Positions 9,142 through 16,230 of a DNA stretch of 32,000 nt are shown here, piece after piece. The position numbers and the translations under genes are program-made. The first letter of the stretch is position 1; the number at the start of each line of letters is the position of its first letter. This DNA comes from Paracoccus suum (GTDB lineage Bacteria > Pseudomonadota > Alphaproteobacteria > Rhodobacterales > Rhodobacteraceae): the NCBI RefSeq assembly GCF_003324675.1, contig NZ_CP030918.1, forward strand, positions 3,120,001-3,152,000, read 5' to 3'. The notes below the pieces were generated by a model. That model searched no databases. It had not been told where the DNA came from and saw only the letters and a list, made by a program, of their open reading frames with translations.

Positions 9142-10780
9142 CGCCGCCCACAATCCCGACACCGAATGGCTGGAGCGTCGCGCGGCCCAGTTCCGCGACC
9201 AGGTTGCCCGCCGCCTCGACGGCCGCCTGACCGAGGACGAATTCCGGCCGCTGCGCCTGATGAACGGCGTCTACCTGCAGCTGCACGCCTACATGCTGCG
9301 CATCGCCATCCCCTACGGCACCCTGTCGACCCAGCAACTGCGGGCTCTGGCCACGATTGCCGAGCGCTGGGACAAAGGCATCGGACATTTCACCACCCGC
9401 CAGAACATCCAGTTCAACTGGCCGAAACTGAGCGATATTCCCGACATCCTCGACCATCTGGCGTCGGTCGGGATGCACGCCGTCCAGACCTCGGGCAACA
9501 CCATCCGCAACGTGACCGCCGATCCCTTTGCCGGCGCCGCGGCTGACGAGATCGAGGACCCGCGCCCCTGGGCCGAGGTGATCCGCCTTTGGTCGACCGA
9601 CCACCCGGAGTTCCAGTTCCTGCCGCGCAAGTTCAAGATCGGCGTAACCGGCGCGCCGGCCGACCGGGCGATGACGGCCGTCCACGACATCGGCCTGCGG
9701 CTGGTGCGGCGGGACGGCGTCGTCGGCTTTACCGTGCTGGTCGGGGGAGGCCTTGGCCGCACGCCACTGCTGGCGCAGGTCATCCGCGACTTCCTGCCCG
9801 CAGCCGAGGTCCTGCCCTATATCGAAGCGATCCTCGCGGCGTACAACATGGCCGGCCGGCGCGACAACAAGTACAAGGCGCGGATCAAGATCACCGTGGC
9901 CGAGATGGGGCTGGAGGCATTCCGCGATCAGGTCGAGGCGGAATTTGCCCAGCGCCGCGCCGATTTTTCCGGCGGCGGCTGGCGTGACGTGCTGGCCGCC
10001 CAGCGCCTGCGCTTTGCCGCGCCGCTGCTGGTCCAGCGCCCGATCCCGACCGCGCCGGCCACCGGCGCCTATGCTGCCTGGGCAGAACGCTCGGTCGTCT
10101 CGCATCCGCGGGCTGACTACGCCAATGTCATCGTCACGCTGAAGGCGCCGGGCGCGACGCCGGGCGATGCCAGCGCCCAGCAGATGCGGCGGCTGGCGGA
10201 ACTCGCCGACCGCTTTGGTCAGGGCGAAGTCCGCGTGACGCAGGAACAGAACCTCGTCATCGTCCATGTCGCCCGCGCCGACCTGCGCGCCCTGCATCGG
10301 GCGCTGCAATCGCTGGGCCTCGCGACCGCGAACGCGGGCCTCGGCACCGATATCGTCGCCTGCCCTGGCATGGACTACTGCACGCTGGCGACCGCCCGCT
10401 CGATCCCCATCGCCCAGGATATTGCCGCCGCCCTGCGAGAGTCGGGGTTGGAGGCCGAGGCCGGCGCGCTGGCGATCAAGATATCGGGCTGCATCAACGC
10501 CTGCGGACATCACCACATCGGCGATATCGGCATTCTTGGGCTAGATCGTGCGGGGGTCGAGAACTACCAGATCACGCTCGGTGGCGACGGCTCGCCCGAT
10601 GGCGCGGCGTTGGGAGAACGTGCCGGTCCTGGCTTTGCTGCCGAGGCGGTAGCGCCGGCGATCGTGCGGCTGCTGCGCCGCTATGTCGAGCTGCGCGAGC
10701 CGGGCGAGCGGTTCAACGCCGCCTTCCGCCGCCTCGGCCTGCCGGCGTTCCGCACCGCCCTCTACCCGGAGGCGGCGTGA
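9134..10780 (+). CDS. cysI: sulfite reductase hemoprotein (nitrite/sulfite reductase family, siroheme/[4Fe-4S])
   Basis: ATG 9134 is preceded by AGGAGG (9122-9127). Two NIR_SIR ferredoxin-like halves. Cluster/siroheme Cys motifs CPGMDYC (C-x5-C) and SGCINAC (C-x3-C). Confidence 0.88.
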   Translation: MLDAAHNPDTEWLERRAAQFRDQVARRLDGRLTEDEFRPLRLMNGVYLQLHAYMLRIAIPYGTLSTQQLRALATIAERWDKGIGHFTTRQNIQFNWPKLSDIPDILDHLASVGMHAVQTSGNTIRNVTADPFAGAAADEIEDPRPWAEVIRLWSTDHPEFQFLPRKFKIGVTGAPADRAMTAVHDIGLRLVRRDGVVGFTVLVGGGLGRTPLLAQVIRDFLPAAEVLPYIEAILAAYNMAGRRDNKYKARIKITVAEMGLEAFRDQVEAEFAQRRADFSGGGWRDVLAAQRLRFAAPLLVQRPIPTAPATGAYAAWAERSVVSHPRADYANVIVTLKAPGATPGDASAQQMRRLAELADRFGQGEVRVTQEQNLVIVHVARADLRALHRALQSLGLATANAGLGTDIVACPGMDYCTLATARSIPIAQDIAAALRESGLEAEAGALAIKISGCINACGHHHIGDIGILGLDRAGVENYQITLGGDGSPDGAALGERAGPGFAAEAVAPAIVRLLRRYVELREPGERFNAAFRRLGLPAFRTALYPEAA

Positions 10781-12033
10781 TGGCACGCCACGCCCTCGCA
10801 GAACTGCCCCCCCTCGTGTCAGAGGCGCATGTCGATGACCCGGCGCCAATCACCGGCGCGCCACTATCGCCCCGGCCCAACCTGCCGACGCCGGGCATCC
10901 CGTTGGTTGTTCCCGGCGCCTCGTCCCGCGCCGCCCGCGCGCCCGACCTGACGTCGCGCGCGGCCACGCTGGATGCGCAACTGGGGGATCTGACCGCGCA
11001 GGCGCTGATCGCCCGTGCCCTGCGGGGCGAGGATGGGCTGGGGCGGATCGCCGTCGTATCCTCCTTCGGGGCGGAATCGGCGGTGCTGCTGCACATGGTG
11101 GCCGAAATCGATCCCGCGGCGCCAGTCCTGTTCCTGGACACCGGCATGCACTTTCCCGAGACGCTCGACTATCTGGACAAGCTGACCGCCCACCTGGGGC
11201 TGACCAATGTCCAGCGTGTCACGCCGGATGCGGGCCGGCTGGCGGGCGCGGACCCGGCCGCGACCTTGCACCGGCACAACGCCGCCGCCTGCTGCGATTT
11301 GCGCAAGACCCAGCCGCTGGCCGCCGCATTGGCCGGCTTTGACGGCTGGATTACCGGCCGTAAGCGCAACCAGGCCGCCAGCCGCAGCGCCCTGCGCGCG
11401 GTCGAGGCCGAGGCGCCCTCGCGGCTGAAACTGAACCCCCTGAGGGACTGGGACACGGTGATGCTGCGCGATTACGCGGCGCGGCACGGGCTGCCCGCGC
11501 ACCCGCTGGTCGCGCGCGGCTATCCCTCGATCGGTTGCGCCACCTGCACGACGCCGGTCGCCGCTGGCGAGGACCCGCGCGCCGGACGTTGGCGCGGCAG
11601 CGAAATGACGGAATGCGGCATACATCTGATCGGAGGACGCATGGTGCGTGATGCAGACAGACGGGTGATCGTCACCGACACTGGCACCCGGCGCGAGACC
11701 GCCGAGGACGCGGCTGGCGTGATCCTCGCCCCCGAGAACGCCCCGAACCCGACCGAAGCCGCAAGCGGCAGCACGGTGATCGAAGTGGCCTTCCCGGCGT
11801 TCAGTGACGGGCGCGGGTTTACTCTCGGCAAGCAGCTGCGGGCGGCAGGCTTTACTGGCCGGTTGCGGGCCGCCGGCCCGTTGCTGCCCGATCAATACGC
11901 CATGGCCCGCCGGGCCGGCTTTGACGAGGTGGCGCTGGCGCCAGCCCTCTTCGACCGGCAGGGCGGCGCTTCCGTCTGGGCGAGCCGCGCCGACTGGCAG
12001 CAACATGACCACCGGGCCCGCCTGGCCGGCTGA
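10780..12033 (+). CDS. cysH: adenylylsulfate (APS)/PAPS reductase fused in frame to a DUF934 domain
   Basis: PAPS_reduct core (VSSFGAESAVLLH, FLDTG). Fe-S-type Cys pairs CC (AACCDLRKTQPL) and CxxC (GCATC), as in assimilatory APS reductases. Catalytic ECGIH at 11611-11625. No stop follows: the frame continues through GGAGGA-N3-ATG (11632-11643) into a DUF934-like domain (FPAFSDGRGFTLGKQLR...). The ATG at 10780 shares its A with the cysI TGA. The true start is uncertain; an alternative TTG lies at 10903. Confidence 0.8.
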   Translation: MARHALAELPPLVSEAHVDDPAPITGAPLSPRPNLPTPGIPLVVPGASSRAARAPDLTSRAATLDAQLGDLTAQALIARALRGEDGLGRIAVVSSFGAESAVLLHMVAEIDPAAPVLFLDTGMHFPETLDYLDKLTAHLGLTNVQRVTPDAGRLAGADPAATLHRHNAAACCDLRKTQPLAAALAGFDGWITGRKRNQAASRSALRAVEAEAPSRLKLNPLRDWDTVMLRDYAARHGLPAHPLVARGYPSIGCATCTTPVAAGEDPRAGRWRGSEMTECGIHLIGGRMVRDADRRVIVTDTGTRRETAEDAAGVILAPENAPNPTEAASGSTVIEVAFPAFSDGRGFTLGKQLRAAGFTGRLRAAGPLLPDQYAMARRAGFDEVALAPALFDRQGGASVWASRADWQQHDHRARLAG

Positions 12034-12092
12034 GGTCCGCCGCGCCGGTTGCGGGCTTGCCCCGTGACCCGCAGCCGGCGCATCCTCGGGCC

Positions 12093-12461
12093 ATGGATGC
12101 ACCGCCCCCGCCCGACAGCTTTCCGGCCCTGAAACTTCGCCTCTACCTCGGTCCCGGCCAATGGCTCGGGCCCGGCAAGGCGGAGTTGCTGTCCGCGATT
12201 GCCCAGACCGGCTCGATCGCGGCGGCGGGGCGCAGCATGGGCATGAGCTACAAGCGCGCCTGGTCGCTGGTCGAGGGGCTGAACGCCATGTTCCGCGCCC
12301 CGTTGGTCGAAAGTGCCCGGGGCGGCCCGCAAGGCGGCGGGGCAGGCCTGACCCCCACGGGGGCCGAGGTATTGGCCCGATACCGTAATCTGGTCGCGGC
12401 GGCCGAGGTGGCCGGGGCGGCGGACAGCGAGACGCTGGCCGATCTGTTTGCAGGGAAATAA
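12093..12461 (+). CDS. ModE N-terminal-domain-only (winged HTH) molybdenum-responsive regulator-like protein
   Basis: 122 aa. GSIAAAGRSMGMSYKRAWSLVEGLN...ARGGPQGGGAGLTPTG matches the ModE N-terminal DNA-binding domain. No Mop/molbindin domains follow. Lies directly upstream of modABC. Confidence 0.8.
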   Translation: MDAPPPPDSFPALKLRLYLGPGQWLGPGKAELLSAIAQTGSIAAAGRSMGMSYKRAWSLVEGLNAMFRAPLVESARGGPQGGGAGLTPTGAEVLARYRNLVAAAEVAGAADSETLADLFAGK

Positions 12462-12487
12462 CGCTTGCCAAGCAGTCCGCTGAATTG

Positions 12488-12509
12488 GTTATGTTCGCCC
12501 AGACATAAC
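12488..12509. promoter_or_regulatory. candidate Mo-box/ModE operator: GTTATGT-N8-ACATAAC perfect inverted repeat
   Basis: Perfect 7-bp inverted repeat, AT-rich in a GC-rich genome, 16 nt upstream of the modA ATG. It overlaps a possible -10 (GTTATG) placed 17 nt after TTGCCA (12465-12470). The half-sites resemble the E. coli modA operator as I recall it (GTTATATT...ACATAAC). Confidence 0.55.
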
Positions 12510-12524
12510 GCAGGAAACCCGCTC

Positions 12525-13325
12525 ATGCGAACGCCCCACATCCTCGCTGCCGCACTGGCACTCGGCCTCGCCGCAACCGCCCCGGCCAAGGCGGCCGACA
12601 TCACCATTTTCGCCGCCGCCAGCCTCAAGACCGCGCTCGATAAGGCGACTGCGGCTTGGCAGGCCGCGCATGACGACAAGATCGTCGTGTCCTACGCCGG
12701 CAGCCCGCAACTGGCCCGCCAGATCCAGCAGGGCGCGCCGGCCGACATCTTCATCTCGGCCGCGCCCGAATGGATGGACACGTTGGCCGGCGACAAGCTG
12801 ATCGACCCTGCCAGCCGCCGCGATCTGCTCGGCAACACGTTGGTTCTGGTCGCGCCGGCGGCGGACGGGGCGCCGGTCGAACTGACCTCCAAGGATGCGC
12901 TGACCGGACGCCTCGGCGCGGATGGCAAGCTGGCCATGGCGCTGGTCGATTCCGTGCCAGCCGGAGTTTATGGCAAGGAGGCGCTGACCCATCTTGGCCT
13001 GTGGGACGGCGTCGAGGCACGCGTTGCCCAGGCCGAAAACGTCCGCGCCGCTCTGGCGCTGGTGGCTCAGGGCGAGGCGCCGCTGGGGATCGTCTATGCC
13101 ACAGACGCCCATGCCGAGCCCAAGGTGACAACTGTCGCCACCTTCCCCGAGGACAGCCACGCGCCTATCATCTATCCGGCCGCCCTTGTCACCCACGACG
13201 GGGCCGCGGCCAAGCCAGAGGCGGCATCTTTCCTGGACCAACTCACCACCGGGCCGGCCCGTGCCGACCTTGGGGCGGAAGGTTTTGTCGTCCTGCCCAG
13301 CCCGGCGCCTGCCGCCAAGCCGTGA
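12525..13325 (+). CDS. modA: molybdate ABC transporter substrate-binding protein
   Basis: Signal peptide MRTPHILAAALALGLAATAPAKA|AD. ModA-like ITIFAAASL, VSYAGS, IFISA, VPAGVYGKEAL motifs. AGGAA lies upstream of ATG 12525. Confidence 0.92.
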   Translation: MRTPHILAAALALGLAATAPAKAADITIFAAASLKTALDKATAAWQAAHDDKIVVSYAGSPQLARQIQQGAPADIFISAAPEWMDTLAGDKLIDPASRRDLLGNTLVLVAPAADGAPVELTSKDALTGRLGADGKLAMALVDSVPAGVYGKEALTHLGLWDGVEARVAQAENVRAALALVAQGEAPLGIVYATDAHAEPKVTTVATFPEDSHAPIIYPAALVTHDGAAAKPEAASFLDQLTTGPARADLGAEGFVVLPSPAPAAKP

Positions 13326-14020
13326 CCGGCTGGCTGCCCCCCGAGGCATGGACCGCGCTCGCGCTGTCGCTGCGGGTATCGACCGTGGCGACGGTGATGT
13401 CGCTGCCTTTGGCGCTGGCCTGTGCGCTGGCGCTGGCGCGCGGCCGCTTTATCGGGCGCGGGGCGCTGGACGGGCTGGTGCATCTGCCGCTGATCCTGCC
13501 GCCCGTTGTCACGGGCTATCTGCTGCTGCTCGCCTTCGGCCGGCGCGGTCCGATCGGCGCCTGGCTCGAGCAGACCTTGGGTATCACCTTGGCATTCCGC
13601 TGGACCGGGGCCGCGCTCGCCGCCGCAATCATGGGCTTTCCGCTGATGGTCCGGGCCATGCGGCTGGCCATCGAGGCGGTCGACCCGCGGCTCGAGGCTG
13701 CGGCCGCGACCCTCGGCGCGCCGCGTCCGTGGGTGCTGGCGACGGTCACGCTGCCCCTGATCCTGCCGGGCATTCTGGCCGGGGCGGTCCTGGCCTTTGC
13801 CAAGGCGATGGGCGAGTTCGGGGCAACCATAACGTTCGTCTCGAACATCCCCGGCGAGACCCGGACCTTGCCCTCTGCGATCTACACCGCCCTCCAGATC
13901 CCGGGACAGGAGGTCGCCGTCGCCCGCATGGCGCTGGTCTCGGTCGCGGTGGCGCTGCTGGCGGTTGCCGTCTCGGACCGGCTGTCGCGCGCCGTCGCTC
14001 GCCGCATCGCCGGCAACTGA
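13322..14020 (+). CDS. modB: molybdate ABC transporter permease
   Basis: GTG 13322 overlaps the modA stop (GTGA). Five to six TM segments with an EAA loop (EAAAATLGA). The upstream part of the 12770 ORF is an out-of-gene extension overlapping modA. Confidence 0.92.
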   Translation: MTGWLPPEAWTALALSLRVSTVATVMSLPLALACALALARGRFIGRGALDGLVHLPLILPPVVTGYLLLLAFGRRGPIGAWLEQTLGITLAFRWTGAALAAAIMGFPLMVRAMRLAIEAVDPRLEAAAATLGAPRPWVLATVTLPLILPGILAGAVLAFAKAMGEFGATITFVSNIPGETRTLPSAIYTALQIPGQEVAVARMALVSVAVALLAVAVSDRLSRAVARRIAGN

Positions 14021-15093
14021 TGCTTCAGGTCACGCTGCACCACAAGTTGCCGGGCTTTACGCTCGATGCCGCCTTCGACTCGCCCCCGGGCGTTACATCG
14101 ATCTTCGGGCATTCGGGCGCCGGCAAGACCAGCATCGTCAACGCGGTCGCGGGCCTGCTGCGCCCGGACGTGGGGCGCATCGTGCTGGACGGCACGGTGC
14201 TGACCGATACCAAAGCCGGGATCATGGTCCCTGCCCACCGTCGGCGCATCGGATATGTCTTTCAGGACGGGCGGCTGTTCCCGCACCTCACCGTGCGCGG
14301 CAACCTCGGCTACGGCGCGCGCTTTGCGCCCCGCGGTGCCCCCGGGCCGGACGTTGCAGCCGTTGTCGATCTGCTGGGGATCGGCGCGCTGCTGGACCGC
14401 CGTCCCGGCCTTTTGTCGGGCGGCGAGCGTGCCCGCGTCGCGATCGGCCGGGCGCTTATGTCGCGCCCTCGCCTGCTGATCCTCGACGAGCCGATGGCCG
14501 CGCTCGACGCCGCCCGCCGGGCCGAGATCCTTCCTTGGCTGGAGCGGCTGCGCGACCAACTCGGGGTGCCGATGCTGCACATCAGCCATGACATCGCCGA
14601 TGTCGCACGTCTCGCGACCACGCTGGTGTTGCTGGAAAACGGGCGCGTGCGCCGGGCAGGTCCGCTGGCCGAGGTTCTGGCCGATGCAGGCGCGGCGACG
14701 GGCCTCGATCCCGGCGACATCGGCGCGGTGCTGAGCGGTCACATCGCGGCGCCGGATTCCGACGGCGATGACGGGCTGACCCGGATCGCGACGCCTGCAG
14801 GGGATCTGCTGGTCGGCGGAATCCCAGGGCCGCCGGGACAGGCGGTGCGTCTGCGCGTGCGGGCACAGGACGTTATCATCGCCGAAGGCAGCCTCGGCCG
14901 GACCTCGGCCCTGAATGTGCTACCCGCCGTGGTGGCGGCGATCGAGCCTGCCCCGCCGATGGTTCTGGTCACGCTGGACCTGCCGGGTGGCGGCCGCCTG
15001 CTGGCGCGGATCACCCAGCGGTCGGTGGATCATCTCGGCCTGGCGCCGGGCCGGCAGGTTCACGCGATGATCAAAAGCGCCGCCCTCGGCTGA
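14020..15093 (+). CDS. modC: molybdate ABC transporter ATP-binding protein with C-terminal TOBE/Mop-like domain
   Basis: The ATG shares a base with the modB TGA. Walker A GHSGAGKTS, signature LSGGERARV, Walker B LLILDEP. C-terminal TOBE-like region (VRLRVRAQDVIIA). Confidence 0.92.
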   Translation: MLQVTLHHKLPGFTLDAAFDSPPGVTSIFGHSGAGKTSIVNAVAGLLRPDVGRIVLDGTVLTDTKAGIMVPAHRRRIGYVFQDGRLFPHLTVRGNLGYGARFAPRGAPGPDVAAVVDLLGIGALLDRRPGLLSGGERARVAIGRALMSRPRLLILDEPMAALDAARRAEILPWLERLRDQLGVPMLHISHDIADVARLATTLVLLENGRVRRAGPLAEVLADAGAATGLDPGDIGAVLSGHIAAPDSDGDDGLTRIATPAGDLLVGGIPGPPGQAVRLRVRAQDVIIAEGSLGRTSALNVLPAVVAAIEPAPPMVLVTLDLPGGGRLLARITQRSVDHLGLAPGRQVHAMIKSAALG

Positions 15094-15114
15094 GGGCTGC
15101 GCTCAGCTTTTTTT
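15089..15114 (+). terminator. intrinsic terminator of modABC (hairpin + T7)
   Basis: GCTGAG-N7-CTCAGC stem-loop (15089-15107) is followed immediately by TTTTTTT (15108-15114). The structure spans the modC stop and the stop and last codons of the convergent gene. Confidence 0.55.
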
Positions 15115-16059
15115 CTGAATCTCGCCGATGGCTTTCATCATCGCCCGCCCGGCCGCCTGGTGCAGATCGCTCCACTGGCGCCAGGTCGGATAGCCCTTAT
15201 CGCCCATCGCATCGAAGTCGGGCATCGCGAATACCGGGCGCAGATGCTCGCCATAACGCTTGCAGATCGTGTCGAACGCTTCGGCGCCTTGCTCCAGCAG
15301 TTCGCGCCGCTGCGGGGCGTTGTAAACATCGCCGCTGCGGCGGATCATCGGCATATCCTGCGCCGCGAGCACCTGATTCAGGCGCGCGCTGTTGACGCCG
15401 CCGTGCCGAACATAATCACCCATCAGGTCGGACACCGCGGCAGAGAATGTCGGGTTGTCTTCGGGCATCTCCCGCGGGAGGGCGGCAAGATCATCGAGGC
15501 CAAGAACATGCAGGAAGTCATCGATGATGTCGCGGTTGATCAGGAGGTCGCGGCGATAGGGACGGACAGTGATCCGTTCGCGGCCGAAAACCTCCTCAAA
15601 GGCGGTCAGCACGGTTAGGTAATCGATTTCGAACGCGCTGTCGCGCAGATAGCGCATTGGCCGAGGTTCGATTGCAGCGGTCTTGAGACGCTGTTTGTAG
15701 AGCGCCTCGATCAGATCGTCCGGCCGGCGCAAATAAACGATCACGCGGCTGTTCTCGATGATCTCACGCGGCAGGTGCTCGCCCATACGGCGGGCGGCGC
15801 GCTTGTGAAAGAACTCTTCGGCGGACAGGATTGCGTTAGGCTCGGAAGCTTCACGCAACTCCGCCACCACGGCATCGAACCGTGGCGTATCGACCGAGTT
15901 GGACCGCAACTCGCGCGCAACCTTGTTGTGGTCTATCCACCCACGAACGGCTCGAACGAATCGAAAACCCTTTTCGCGCAGCACAGAGTCGTTGCTGCGC
16001 AGGAAGTGCTGGATCGTGGACGACCCGGTTTTCTGCGTTCCGATATGCAGATAAAGCAT
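15103..16059 (-). CDS. sulfotransferase-fold hypothetical protein
   Basis: 318 aa. The N-terminal strand-loop LHIGTQKTGSSTIQ resembles the PAPS 5'-phosphosulfate-binding loop. YLRRPDDLIEALYKQ resembles the 3'-phosphate-binding RxxxDxxxSxY motif. RBS GGGGAAG lies upstream. G+C is lower than in neighbouring genes. Confidence 0.72.
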   Translation of the reverse strand: MLYLHIGTQKTGSSTIQHFLRSNDSVLREKGFRFVRAVRGWIDHNKVARELRSNSVDTPRFDAVVAELREASEPNAILSAEEFFHKRAARRMGEHLPREIIENSRVIVYLRRPDDLIEALYKQRLKTAAIEPRPMRYLRDSAFEIDYLTVLTAFEEVFGRERITVRPYRRDLLINRDIIDDFLHVLGLDDLAALPREMPEDNPTFSAAVSDLMGDYVRHGGVNSARLNQVLAAQDMPMIRRSGDVYNAPQRRELLEQGAEAFDTICKRYGEHLRPVFAMPDFDAMGDKGYPTWRQWSDLHQAAGRAMMKAIGEIQKKS

Positions 16060-16169
16060 CGCTCTTCCCCTGTCTTGCCGACCGTGCCTCGCAGGGGCGC
16101 GGCTAGCATTGGCGATGCCAGTTGTCTACCGTTCGCCCTTCCTTAACATTCGATATGCGCATCGCAAGC

Positions 16170-16216
16170 CGCAGAAAAATCATGAAAAATCTCTGCGCGA
16201 CTTCGGCGAATTTTTC
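16170..16216. repeat. AT-rich GAAAAAT repeat cluster (two direct copies, one inverted) within a CGCAGA/TCTGCG inverted repeat
   Basis: GAAAAATC at 16174-16181 and again at 16184-16191. The inverted copy ATTTTTC is at 16210-16216. CGCAGA (16170-16175) pairs with TCTGCG (16192-16197). Located between the sdaA stop and the start of the 15103-16059 gene. Confidence 0.4.
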
Positions 16217-16230
16217 TCCGCAAAGGCGAC

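Noticed and set aside
8701-9162. N-terminal extension of the Lrp ORF (341-aa version).
   Set aside because: The extension runs antisense through the DUF2849 gene and the cysI start, and has no AsnC-family similarity. The canonical HTH begins right after the ATG at 8700.
12462-12524. Possible Moco riboswitch in the modA leader.
   Set aside because: Only 63 nt are available, far too short for the Moco RNA motif. The region is better explained by a promoter plus the palindromic operator.
12770-13321. Long upstream extensions of the modB ORF (from 12770) and the modC ORF (from 13186).
   Set aside because: They overlap modA and modB in other frames and are Arg/Gly-rich. The family-typical N-termini begin at the GTGA (13322) and TGATG (14020) coupling sites.
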